The notes: a model not told the origin generated them from the letters alone. A stretch of 64,000 bases of DNA from Blastocystis sp. Blastoise (GCA_039096225.1 JBBPEB010000024.1:1-64000); one strand, 5' to 3'. Shown: positions 10,041 to 20,759, counted from the stretch's first letter. Translations and numbers: made by a program.

Positions 10041-11342
10041 ATGAATGGATTTCCACAAGATTTTTTACCTGCAGTAAATCATCAAACTATTACAGAAAAT
10101 TTTATAACTGTATCTGTAACAACTGATCAAAGTTTATTAGAAGCTCCATGTAATGTAGATTTTCGTTATAATACTGTTGATAATCCTTATATTGATTTTA
10201 GTAATTCTTATTTAGAATTATGGTTTGGTGTTAGAAAAAGTGCTACTAATAATACTGCTGTTACACAAAGTTCTAATATATATTCTATAGTTGATAAAGT
10301 TAATATTAATATGACTTATATTAGTCCAGTTGGAAAAGATGTAGCTATAAACTTTGCTGAACCATCATTAAATAGTAGTAAAGCTAGAAAATTTGTAGCA
10401 CTTAAAGAATTAAGTAAATTTGAATTAGATAAATCTATGTATACTCCATGTGAAAAATTATATGCAAAAAAAGATGAATTACATCTTATAGAAGCTATGA
10501 GACAAAATGCTACAACTTCAAAAGATGCATTTACAACTTATAAAATATATATTCCTTTAATGCTTATTACTGGTTTAGCTACATTTGATTGTGCTATTAA
10601 AATAAAATCAATGTCATTTCAATTTGTTTTAAATCATATTAAGAAAATAGCTACAAATTTAGATGGTATTTCAGCATTTGTTATTCAAAAAGCATTTATT
10701 AATTTTAGACATATGTATGATATTAACTGGGGTAATGATCCAAAAAATTTAATAAAATGTATACCTAATAATTGTGAAATTTGTTTTTTTACTGAACAAA
10801 TTGGTACTCAAACAATAACAAATTCAACTGGTAATACTGCATCATTATCTTTTACAGGAGATTTAGTAACCAGTAAAAATAGAAGTATTACATTTGTTCC
10901 TGATTATTGTTTAATGTATATTACAGATTCAGAAGATAGTATGATTCCTGTTAATACTCATTGTCCAACAACTATTAATTTTCAAATTGGTGGAAAGAAT
11001 ATGTTTACACAAACACAATTTCCTACAGCTACTAGATTTATACCTGATACATATACTTTAGAAATTATTCCTAATAGTATGTTATATAATGTATGGAGAT
11101 CACAATCAAATCCTATGTGTGTATTAGATGGTAATGAATGGTATAATCAACCTATATATTTATTTCCTATTGCTTCTGTTGTTGATGTTAATACAGAATC
11201 TGGTTGTGAAATTAATTATTATATACAAACATCTCCTTCTGGTATTAATAAATATCAGTTAACTAATGGTGCTTCTAAAACACAAAATATATTTATTAAT
11301 TTTATTTTTGTGAAATTTGTTAGAGATGGTTCTATGAATTAA
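10041..11342 (+). CDS. Putative double-jelly-roll major capsid protein, paralogue 2
   Basis: 433 aa; strongly similar to 34361-35671 (ends FIFVKF.R.G.MN). Confidence 0.65.
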   Translation: MNGFPQDFLPAVNHQTITENFITVSVTTDQSLLEAPCNVDFRYNTVDNPYIDFSNSYLELWFGVRKSATNNTAVTQSSNIYSIVDKVNINMTYISPVGKDVAINFAEPSLNSSKARKFVALKELSKFELDKSMYTPCEKLYAKKDELHLIEAMRQNATTSKDAFTTYKIYIPLMLITGLATFDCAIKIKSMSFQFVLNHIKKIATNLDGISAFVIQKAFINFRHMYDINWGNDPKNLIKCIPNNCEICFFTEQIGTQTITNSTGNTASLSFTGDLVTSKNRSITFVPDYCLMYITDSEDSMIPVNTHCPTTINFQIGGKNMFTQTQFPTATRFIPDTYTLEIIPNSMLYNVWRSQSNPMCVLDGNEWYNQPIYLFPIASVVDVNTESGCEINYYIQTSPSGINKYQLTNGASKTQNIFINFIFVKFVRDGSMN

Positions 11343-11392
11343 AATAATATTATTAAATTAATATTTTATTATATTTTTATTTTTAAAAGATT

Positions 11393-12047
11393 ATGAATTC
11401 AATATCTCATTGTAGTTTTATTGAAGGACCATTCTATACAGAACATATAGAACCTTCATTAAATTTAGTTGGAAAAAATATATCTCATATAACTACTGTA
11501 GTTAATGGTATAGCTTTAGAAAATGTAAAAGATTTTATTTTAACTGATATACAAAATAAAACATATCAATTTCCTGGTGGTAATTATGATTTAATGGATT
11601 TCATTAATAAATTATGCACTATTATACCTGAATTTGAATATAGTTCTTCTTTAAATTGTTTAAGTTTAATAGGTCATACATTCTTAAGGTCAACAGCTAC
11701 AAATGAATATTTTTTTAAAATATTAAATTTACCTCATGATGCTACTGGTAGTTCTACTAATATGAATAATTTTGTTTTTTTTAACTGATAATTATGTACT
11801 TAGTTCTACTATACGTAAAATATATTTATTACGAATATATAGTAGTATTATTAATAAAGATAATGATTTAATAAGTATTCCAATATATACTCAAGATGGA
11901 TATGATAATCATTGGTCATTAAGTAATATATCTATACCCTTAATAGATGGATTTTATAATGATATACAATGGGAAGTACGTGATCAAAATGATAATCCTG
12001 TTAATATATCACATAATAATATACAAATATTCTTTACATGTTCTTAA
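11393..12047 (+). CDS. Small penton/minor-capsid-like protein, split by 1-nt frameshift in T8 run at 11775-11782
   Basis: Two ORFs together match the single 122-aa ORF 35716-36084 (LR.Y...I..DNDLI.IP, YN.I.WE..DQ...P), plus an insertion containing PGGNY. Confidence 0.65.
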
Positions 12048-12169
12048 AATAATAATATTTATATCTTTATATTATCAATAATTTATCATTAATATATAAT
12101 ACTAATATAATTTTTGTTTTGTTATTTCTTTTATAAATATATATATATATTATTATTTAAAAAAGCATA

Positions 12170-13216
12170 ATGGTTAATAAAAAGAATTTATTAGAAAATG
12201 ATAAAAGTGGTTGTGGTGTATTAACATTTAAATATGGTAAAACACATCATAAAACTTATGAATCAAAATTTATATTAATTATTGCTAGAACATTTAGTGG
12301 TAAATCATGGTTAACAGTTAATTTACTTGCTTCTATGGATTTAAATAATAAATTCCGTCAAGTAAGTTTATTTTGTCCTAAAGCTAGTTCTATGAATGAA
12401 TGTTATACATCATTACAAGATTTATTAGAACATGCTGAAATAAAATATCAATGGTATGATAGTATTGATGATAAATTTAAAAAAATAAAAAGTATTGATG
12501 ATCTTGTAACTACATATAAATTACCAGAACATAATTTTATTATTTTTGATGATATATATCCATTATCAAAAGAAACAAAGCTATTATTAATATCATTATT
12601 ATCTAAAGGTAGACATTATAAACAAAATGCTATTATATGTTTACAAAGCCATAAAGATATTACAAATCAAAGTGTATTAAGTCAAGTAAGTCATTTTTTT
12701 ATTAATAGTCAAGTTTTAAAACGTGATCCTGGTTTATTATTAAAAAAATTACAGTTAGATCCACCTAATTTAGAAGAAATATTATCTGATATGGAATTAA
12801 TAGAAGATAAACATCAATTTTTTATGTTAAAACAAGGTTGTGATGATTTAATACCTTGGACTAATCCTGATGTTAGTACAAAACAAAATGCTTATAAAAT
12901 GATGAAAAAACGTAAATGGACTGATATGGATGAAGCAAATGAAAAACGTGAAGAAGGAAATGGTGGTAATATTAATTCTGATAATAAGAAAAATAATAAT
13001 GTAAATAATGATTATCTTTCAAAAAGAATAAAAAAAATATTACCAAATGAAGAAGATATACAACTACGTGGTACAGAAATACCTGATAAAGATAAACCTA
13101 AAGATGATATTCTGCAAATATTACATGAACAAATACTACAAGATCAAAGATTAAAATATTTTAATCCATATCCTATGAAACGTAGATATCATGGTGCTCC
13201 ATATCAATATAATTAA
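12170..13216 (+). CDS. A32/FtsK-HerA-like genome packaging ATPase
   Basis: Walker A variant ARTFSGKS, Walker B FIIFDD, KGRHY arginine motif, ICLQS. Confidence 0.88.
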   Translation: MVNKKNLLENDKSGCGVLTFKYGKTHHKTYESKFILIIARTFSGKSWLTVNLLASMDLNNKFRQVSLFCPKASSMNECYTSLQDLLEHAEIKYQWYDSIDDKFKKIKSIDDLVTTYKLPEHNFIIFDDIYPLSKETKLLLISLLSKGRHYKQNAIICLQSHKDITNQSVLSQVSHFFINSQVLKRDPGLLLKKLQLDPPNLEEILSDMELIEDKHQFFMLKQGCDDLIPWTNPDVSTKQNAYKMMKKRKWTDMDEANEKREEGNGGNINSDNKKNNNVNNDYLSKRIKKILPNEEDIQLRGTEIPDKDKPKDDILQILHEQILQDQRLKYFNPYPMKRRYHGAPYQYN

Positions 13217-13218
13217 TT

Positions 13219-13253
<35 letters not shown>

Positions 13254-13269
13254 TTATTAAATAAAAAAA

Positions 13270-13962
13270 ATGGCTAGTATTGCTTATAACTATTTAAGTC
13301 AAAATTGTGATCCATCTAAATATGGTGGAAATATAAGAATTAAACCATCTGATGGATATATGTTTGATAATGAAGGTGGAGCTATTAAAAATTTTGAATC
13401 ACTTAATAAAGATATTAATATTAAAGAATTAGCTAGTAAACAAGAAAAAAAAAATTGGATTCAAAAGAAATATGATACTGTTAAAGATTATTATGAAAAT
13501 GTTAAAGAAATTCCAGACTATTATATTGCAACAGCATTTGGTGCTGCAGCTGTTCCTGTTATATTTCATTTTGGCCGTCAAGCTTTAAATTTTAGAAATA
13601 ATTTTGTTGCTAATCAAAGAAGAAATCTACTTAATAATGATGAAGATGGTTTTTTTGGAAGAAATGAAAACCGTCATAATGTTCGTAGAGGTAATCCATT
13701 AGCTATTATGGATATGAGTCCAAGAGATGATGCAGATGAAAATAATCATCATAGACTACAACTACCTATATTATTTGATGATTTTAATTTGTTAGAAGTA
13801 AATCACAATGACCTGCCTGATAATGTCGATTTTACTAATATGCCACCATTAGAACCTATAGATGAATTACCAGATAATAATAGACGACATGGTCATGGTA
13901 TACATAATAAAAAAATAATAAAAAATAGAAAGAATAAAGTTATTAAACATAAATATAATTAA
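13270..13962 (+). CDS. Conserved hypothetical protein, possible hydrophobic segment
   Basis: N-terminal NCDPSKYG shared with ORF at 37254. Confidence 0.7.
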   Translation: MASIAYNYLSQNCDPSKYGGNIRIKPSDGYMFDNEGGAIKNFESLNKDINIKELASKQEKKNWIQKKYDTVKDYYENVKEIPDYYIATAFGAAAVPVIFHFGRQALNFRNNFVANQRRNLLNNDEDGFFGRNENRHNVRRGNPLAIMDMSPRDDADENNHHRLQLPILFDDFNLLEVNHNDLPDNVDFTNMPPLEPIDELPDNNRRHGHGIHNKKIIKNRKNKVIKHKYN

Positions 13963-14020
13963 ATATTATTTTATTTTTAATTTTATTTTTATTTTTATTA
14001 TTATTCGTTATTTTTATATA

Positions 14021-15003
14021 ATGGATCAAAATAGTAGATATAGACATATTACTTTACAAGATATTTTAAATCGTAATTTTAAGCAACAATCTTGGGATCC
14101 ATGGTTACCAAATAGTTATATATGTGAAGATGAACAACCAGTAATGCGTATTGCTCATGATCCTAATGCACAAAATTCTATGAGTCAAATTATGAATATG
14201 GAAAAATATTTAAAAGAAAAAATGACTGATAAAGATATATTTATTAGTCAAATGAATGCAGCTAGAAAAGAAGGTGATGAAGAACGAGTTACAGCTATGG
14301 CTAAAATATATGCTAATAATAGTGGACTTTATACATCCAAACAAAACTGGTCTTTAAACAAAGAGTATTTATATATTTTAGTTTAATATAGATATATAGT
14401 CTAGAAAAAATCCCTCCAAATCTAAAATTCCAAAATCGAGTTGATGATAAAAATACATCCCCTAATAGTGGTTATGTTAATTCTTTACTAAATTATTTTA
14501 CTGTTAAAAAAGAAGAAAATAATGATTTTTTTAATAATAATGAATTACCAAGTTTAAGATATGAAAATGAATATACTGAGAATAAAGATAACAAACAAGA
14601 TGATAAACAAGATAATAATCAAAATAATAATGATCAACGATCAGATATACAAACAGTATTAGATACAAGAGTAAATAATTTTGTTAATATGGTAACTTCA
14701 TGTTTATTTACGGATGGTAAAATTAATGGAAAACAGTTACGTAATTATTTTGAAAAAAGTGAATTATTATATACTCAACCAAATCGTATACGATATGATC
14801 CAGAACAAAATAAAGCTTTACATGAAAAAAGAGAATATATATCTAATTTTAAATATATACTAAATTCTATCAATCTAAAACAAAGCGCTGAAAATGTTAA
14901 ATATATTATATATGAAAAATTAAGTAAATATTTTGAAGACTATAAATTTGGTAAAGAAGAAGAAAACATGTTATGGAATAATCCATATTCATTTCGTAAA
15001 TAA
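14021..15003 (+). CDS. Conserved hypothetical protein with one 35-nt intron (14365-14399)
   Basis: GTATTT...ATATAG intron joins ORF 14021 in frame to the open frame 14401-15003; RNF..QSWDPWLPN.YIC.DEQP shared with 38082. Confidence 0.7.
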
Positions 15004-15077
15004 AAATTTATTTTATATAAGTTTATATATATATATTTTTTTTATTATTTGTTTTGTTATATAACATTTTTTTTTAA

Positions 15078-16802
15078 ATGCAAAGTGCACCTATTGGTAA
15101 TCATTGTCCAGGTTCATTTCATTGTAATAAACTTGGAACAAAAGAATTATGGTTAGGGTATACTAGGCCACATAAAGTTCCTACTATTCTTGTTACACAA
15201 CCTATTAACTATAATATAATTCCTAATAGTATTGAAAAGGTATGGGAAGATGAAAATGAAATGCATACACGTAGTTATCTTATGGGTAATACCCCTGAAA
15301 ATAATAAAGCTTCCATTTCTAATATTCCTATTGAAACATCACCAAATAATGATTATGAAGAATATGAATCTAATGATTCTGAAGAAGGTGATTCTGAAGA
15401 TAATGAATCTGATGATGATGAATCTGATGAGTCTCTAAAAGGATCTGGAGGAGGACTACTGCCAGATGGTAGAATCCCCAGGCATACCGTAAAACGTCTA
15501 CAAAGATATATTAACGTTGATTACCCTAGATTCAGACGAAATAATCCTGATTCAGACAATAAATATGATTCTCTATTAACATCTGAAAATTTTAATAAAT
15601 ATATTAAAATAGATAAAAGTGGTTGTGGTATACTAGATCCCGAAGGAAGCGGTTGGTGGGATACCGCCAAAAATTTATTATCAAAAACATATAATACTGG
15701 AAAATCTGTTTATAACCTTGGTACTAAAGCAGTTAAAGGTGCTAGTAAATTATTAAATGGTATTGATTATGCTACAAATATTCCTGGAAAAATCAAAGAA
15801 AAATTAGATACTGTTTCTAAAAATATTAATGGGAAAATCATACATACAAAAAATGGAATTAAAAGGGAATATTATTCTCGTTTTGGAGATTCTACTGAAG
15901 CACCAAAAACTATGTTAAATAATTTAAAAGCTTTAAAAAATACTCAATATGAGGGTATGACTGATAAAATGAGTAAATTAACAAAAAAGCGTATTCATAA
16001 GTCTTATATAAAAAGTGATGAATTAAAAACAAATGAAGGTAAACAAAATGTAACTAAACGTATGAACAATGTTGATAATCTAAAAGATGGTTTTAACGCA
16101 TTGGCTAAAGCTGAAAATAAAAAAATTGATAAATATAATAAAAGTCAAATTAAAGCTCAAAAACAAAAGCTGAAAGATGCTGAATATGAAAAAGCTAAAC
16201 AAGGTACTATACAAAGGCTTAAAGGTAGCCTATCAGATATAGTTACTAATGCTGGTAAAAAAATATATAATAAAACTGTTGGAGAAGTTACAGGTAATAA
16301 GTATACTGAAGAAAAACCAGATCAAAAGAATAAATTAGATCTTGTGGAAACTGGAGGAGATAGACGTAAAGTCACTAAACCTAAAAAACAATTTAATAAA
16401 GATACTTTAAGTCAATTGAGTGATGATAAAAAATCTGAAATTGAACAAAAACGTGCTGAACGTGCTGAAAGAATTAAACATACTGAAGAAATTAATCAAA
16501 AACGTAGAGATGGTTTTAAAGCAAGAAGAGCTGAAGCCCATAAAAAAGTAGATGAAGAAGAAACAAAACGGAAAAAAGAGAATGATGAGTGGAATAATAA
16601 GAGCTACTTAGGTCAATTCTACTCTTATATGACGACGCCAAGTAAATCAAAAGGAGAATCCGAGAAACCAAAAGACGACGGTGATTGGGTAAATAAAGAA
16701 AATGACATAAGCAACATCGATGTTGCGTCAGGTATGCGTCGACGTCGACGAACCCTACGTAAGAAAAAGAGAAACCAGATTCTCAAAGAAATAAATTGGT
16801 AA
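15078..16802 (+). CDS. Basic GxG-rich putative core protein (paralogue B)
   Basis: N-terminus resembles 2481 ORF (MQS..G...PG.F..NK.G); GSGGG, GCG, GSG motifs; Arg/Lys-rich tail. Confidence 0.6.
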   Translation: MQSAPIGNHCPGSFHCNKLGTKELWLGYTRPHKVPTILVTQPINYNIIPNSIEKVWEDENEMHTRSYLMGNTPENNKASISNIPIETSPNNDYEEYESNDSEEGDSEDNESDDDESDESLKGSGGGLLPDGRIPRHTVKRLQRYINVDYPRFRRNNPDSDNKYDSLLTSENFNKYIKIDKSGCGILDPEGSGWWDTAKNLLSKTYNTGKSVYNLGTKAVKGASKLLNGIDYATNIPGKIKEKLDTVSKNINGKIIHTKNGIKREYYSRFGDSTEAPKTMLNNLKALKNTQYEGMTDKMSKLTKKRIHKSYIKSDELKTNEGKQNVTKRMNNVDNLKDGFNALAKAENKKIDKYNKSQIKAQKQKLKDAEYEKAKQGTIQRLKGSLSDIVTNAGKKIYNKTVGEVTGNKYTEEKPDQKNKLDLVETGGDRRKVTKPKKQFNKDTLSQLSDDKKSEIEQKRAERAERIKHTEEINQKRRDGFKARRAEAHKKVDEEETKRKKENDEWNNKSYLGQFYSYMTTPSKSKGESEKPKDDGDWVNKENDISNIDVASGMRRRRRTLRKKKRNQILKEINW

Positions 16803-16851
16803 ATTCAAATATTTTATTTAATTCTGCCGCCTTAATTTGAATTTTTTGAAA

Positions 16852-17952
16852 ATGAACTGTACTATTCCTATGAAGAAAATGAAGAATATACATTATAATT
16901 CTATTTACTTTACGATTATCCATGTAGCTAAGTGGACTGATGAATGGAAAAATAAGCAATTGAGTAACTTTGAACAATATATTAATCCTATGCCTGAGAA
17001 AGTATTCATGCGAATGATTGGTACACCTACTATCTTCATTGATTATATACGTAATAAGTATAAACCTTCTATTAATACAATTAAAGCAATTGCCGAACTT
17101 ATTATGTTTATCTGTAAAGAAGATAAAACCTTAAAGAAGCGTATTATTGTTATTAAAAGCTGGGAAGCCATGTATTCTATTATTAATAGTATTTATACTG
17201 ATGTTCTTAAATCGAAGACTGATGCTGCTTTAAAGATGTTAAAAGATAACAATTGCTCTTTAGAAAATTTTAAAAAGATAAGAGATACTTGTTCTGTTGC
17301 TGATCCTCTACGTTTATTAATTGAGCTATATGTCTTGATGCCTCCTGCTCGTGCTGATTATGGTAACTTGATGATATATAAAGAAAAACCTGAAAAACCT
17401 GAATCTACTTCTTATGTCATTCCTACTCTAGATAGTACTATTGAAAATCCTTCTTATGAAATTCATGTTACTGAATATAAAACAGTAAAAACTTATGGTG
17501 AACGTATACTTAAGTGTTGTTCTGAATTTAATTCAGATTTGAATGAAATACTTACTTTGAATTCTAATAGTCGTTATTTATTCCATAAACCTGGTAAGAA
17601 TGAATGTTATTCTCCTAAACGCTTTTCTGAATTTGTTAAAAATATTATGAGACGTGTTGTTCCTGGAGGTATTACTATTAATAGTCTACGTAAACTCTAT
17701 TGCTCTACTCATGGTAATAACTTTGAAGAAATGAATCAATTGGCTTTAGATCTTGGACACTCTCTTAAAACTCATATTAATAACTATATGTCTATTACTA
17801 CTACTGATTTCTTAACTAATTTAACTAAGGAAAATCAACTTACTATTACTCCTGTTCCTGTTGATGATGAAGATATACCTATTAACGTTAATAATGATTC
17901 TTCTAATCTTGAAAACTGGTGTAAAAACTTAAGTCAATGTTGGACTGAATAA
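16852..17952 (+). CDS. Tyrosine recombinase A
   Basis: PPARADYG (R), YKT (K), NSLRKLY (R), LGHS (H), THINNY (Y). Confidence 0.88.
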   Translation: MNCTIPMKKMKNIHYNSIYFTIIHVAKWTDEWKNKQLSNFEQYINPMPEKVFMRMIGTPTIFIDYIRNKYKPSINTIKAIAELIMFICKEDKTLKKRIIVIKSWEAMYSIINSIYTDVLKSKTDAALKMLKDNNCSLENFKKIRDTCSVADPLRLLIELYVLMPPARADYGNLMIYKEKPEKPESTSYVIPTLDSTIENPSYEIHVTEYKTVKTYGERILKCCSEFNSDLNEILTLNSNSRYLFHKPGKNECYSPKRFSEFVKNIMRRVVPGGITINSLRKLYCSTHGNNFEEMNQLALDLGHSLKTHINNYMSITTTDFLTNLTKENQLTITPVPVDDEDIPINVNNDSSNLENWCKNLSQCWTE

Positions 17953-17975
17953 ATCTTAATTTATTTATATATACT

Positions 17976-17993
17976 TGTTTAGTTAACAAAACA
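17976..17993. terminator. Back-to-back TGTTTWGTT 3'-end motifs between convergent recombinase genes
   Basis: TGTTTAGTT then AACAAAACA; similar pairs between convergent genes at 5077/5106, 23392/23422, 28026/28065. Confidence 0.65.
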
Positions 17994-18021
17994 ATTTTTT
18001 ATTTTATTTATTTATAACAAC

Positions 18022-19821
18022 TTAATATTTTAATTTTAAAAATAGACCTGCACCATGATTATGTTTCTTAGGAATCTTTATACGTATTATATTTGGTTTT
18101 CGTATAATATTAGACTGACTACGTGTAGCATAAGGGTGTTCTTTACCATCTTCTACATAAGCATCATACTCACTACTTCTCTTACTCATATTATGTAATG
18201 CCTGACTTTCTCTAGGTATCATCACACCAGTACGAGTATCTTTATCGATTTGACGAACTAATGATTTACTCTTTATATACTTTATATATTTCTCACGATC
18301 TTTATCTTTCCAAATTACAGTCTTATCTGGACAACCCTCAGGTAACTGTTTTTCTAAATCTGTTCTATTTGGATATTCACCATTTTTAAATTTTGAATAT
18401 ATTTCTAATAAACCTTTTTTAAACTCTGGAAAATCATTTAATTTATTAAACGATATATTCTGACCTTCACTTAGATACTCTCCAAAATTCTCTTCACCAA
18501 ATACATCTGTATAATCTTCATGATATTCTAAAATACGTTCTAAAAATCTTCTATAGAGAAACATATCCTTCTCTTTATCTTCTAATAACCATTCTTTAAA
18601 TAGAGATCTACCATTTATCTGAATAGGTCTAAATTGTTTATCTATTTGTTTTTTCTTTTTATTTACACGTTCTAAGAAGGGTGTTATATATTGTTCTAAA
18701 TGAGTTGATGTAGCATGTAGCATCTTCTCTACACTTTTCTCAAATATTTCTTGACCACGTACTTCTAACTGAGGATCTCCACTCTCTGTTAATCTTAAAT
18801 ATATTTTATAATAACATTGAGCGAACAAATGACGTATTACATCACAACCTGTTATTAACTGTCTTTCTACTGCTTGACCATTTATCTCATCTTTATATGT
18901 AAATATACTACCTAAATGCATCTTTATATATTCTCCAAATTTATTTTCTCCAATAAATCCATGAGTTATTTCATTTATAAATAACTCATCTCTTGGATAT
19001 AATCTTAATGATCTTGCTAATACATTTAAAAATTCTTCAGATACTTCTTGTTTTGTTTTAACACGATTTATACCTAACTGGTATACATTCTTAGTATCAT
19101 TTACATTTATTGTTAAATCATTTAAATCTAAATAATTTGTAGACTTTTTAAGACTTGAAGGTACTTTAGAACTAAGAGTATATATCTTACAATCACCATA
19201 ATCATTACGACAACATAAACAATCATAAGTTAATACTAATAAATAACTATTAACATAAAATAAATCATTTGGATTCTTTAAATAATCATCTTTTGTTTTA
19301 TTTATTAAAGCATCCCACTGAGCCCCAGACTCAGTTATTCTATCGGTATATTCGTAATGTCTAGCGGTAGTAGCGTCATGCTGTAAAGCTACCCATAATG
19401 TCTTAAATTTCTGAATATTTGACCTTAAAAACACGGGAGAACGCAATATCTGCCTATCATCTGTTAATATATCTATATTTTCCATTATAAACTCTAACAT
19501 AGCCATATAGTTAGCTACAGAGGTCTTAGATAACCCTCCTGTTTGACCATGAGCTTTTGTCTCAGAATTTAATAAAATACTTGAAATATATTCAGGATAA
19601 CCTAATGCTTCTATACAGAAGTATGGAGCTAAATCAGGTTTATGAATACTTTCATCAATATTAATATTAGCAGCTACACGAAACTTAGAACATATAGTAC
19701 GCATATTACGCATATATACTTCATAAGTAGATTCACGTATACGTTTAAAATGATATAAATCACGAATACAGTTCATAAAAAAATCTTCACATTCTTCATC
19801 AGAATCCCCACGTTTATACAT
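18022..19821 (-). CDS. Tyrosine recombinase B (large, C-terminal extension)
   Basis: CRNDYG (R), DTKN (K), DVIRHLF (R), MLH (H), THLEQY (Y); orthologue of 28107-29942. Confidence 0.8.
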   Translation of the reverse strand: MYKRGDSDEECEDFFMNCIRDLYHFKRIRESTYEVYMRNMRTICSKFRVAANINIDESIHKPDLAPYFCIEALGYPEYISSILLNSETKAHGQTGGLSKTSVANYMAMLEFIMENIDILTDDRQILRSPVFLRSNIQKFKTLWVALQHDATTARHYEYTDRITESGAQWDALINKTKDDYLKNPNDLFYVNSYLLVLTYDCLCCRNDYGDCKIYTLSSKVPSSLKKSTNYLDLNDLTINVNDTKNVYQLGINRVKTKQEVSEEFLNVLARSLRLYPRDELFINEITHGFIGENKFGEYIKMHLGSIFTYKDEINGQAVERQLITGCDVIRHLFAQCYYKIYLRLTESGDPQLEVRGQEIFEKSVEKMLHATSTHLEQYITPFLERVNKKKKQIDKQFRPIQINGRSLFKEWLLEDKEKDMFLYRRFLERILEYHEDYTDVFGEENFGEYLSEGQNISFNKLNDFPEFKKGLLEIYSKFKNGEYPNRTDLEKQLPEGCPDKTVIWKDKDREKYIKYIKSKSLVRQIDKDTRTGVMIPRESQALHNMSKRSSEYDAYVEDGKEHPYATRSQSNIIRKPNIIRIKIPKKHNHGAGLFLKLKY

Positions 19822-19830
19822 AACTGAAAA

Positions 19831-20118
19831 TTACTTAAAACAATTAATATTTTTTGATATTTCTGACAAAGTCTTTATTAGTAAATCTAATTTTGTATTT
19901 ATTATTTCAATAGACTCTGTTTCATCTAATGTATTTTCATGTATATCCTTTGCTTGATCTTTTATATCAGTTAACATTTTTTCTATTTTATATTGAGACT
20001 CTCTTAAGTGATGTAATCTAGCTACTTTATAAGGAGAACAACAGTTACAGTTAAAATTAATATTTTCTATTATACAACTTACTAGTTCACTACTTTTAGA
20101 GAATATAGATATTATTTT
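19831..20118 (-). pseudogene. Coiled-coil ORF whose 5' end coincides with the element 2 terminus
   Basis: Frame open up to the TIR with no upstream ATG; the GTG start given lies inside the TIR. Confidence 0.4.
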
Positions 20119-20759
20119 ATTACTAATTCTTCGCACAAACCCAGGCGGCCAAGATATGGCCTACATCCCTATACTGCGAAGTTCGTAGAACTTCGCTAGC
20201 ATAGGGATGTTGCCCATATTTGTGTGGGTTTGTGCGAAGAATTACTAATTCTTATCATATAGAAAAATCAAGGAAATAGTGAAAAATACACTATAAAATA
20301 TGTTTTTCCCATAAATAACTATTTTAAACAATTTGATTGGTTAAATCAGTGATGATGCACCCTCTGTCATCCATTTTTACTTTTCTAACTTTTTATATAT
20401 TCTATTTACTTACTTACTACTTTATAAAAAAAATGAATAAGTAAGTAACCCCATATATACAAAAGTTTATTTTGACAAAAAAAAGAGCCAGTTCGGAATC
20501 ATTTGATTGGATGAATCTTGGAACACAATTTATCATCCAATAAAAATTATGTGTTCCAAAAAGATGAAATTTGATTGGTTAAATCAGTGATGACGCACCC
20601 TCTGTCATCCATTTTTACTTTTCTAACTTTTTGTATATTCTATTTACTTACTACTTTATAAAAAAAATGAATAAGTAAGTACGTAACCCCATATATACAA
20701 AAGTTTATTTTTGACCAAAAAAAGAGCCAGTTCGGAATCATTTGATTGGTTGAACGAAA
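20119..20759 (+). repeat. Left TIR of element 2: terminal ~120-bp hairpin plus two ~180-bp direct repeat copies (20331-20510, 20569-20750)
   Basis: Reverse complement of 44446-44854; multiple TTTGATTGG (CCAAT) boxes. Confidence 0.93.

Larger units (their letters stand above)
1..20118. mobile_element. Endogenous Polinton-like virus element 1 (left end outside window; right end abuts element 2)
   Basis: Compact gene array with primase, SSB-like protein, Dam, protease, capsid-like paralogues, A32-like ATPase and two tyrosine recombinases; gene-by-gene homology to element 2. Confidence 0.85.

Noticed and set aside
20119-20759. CRISPR array
   Set aside because: Long TIR sub-repeats without repeat-spacer periodicity; no cas genes
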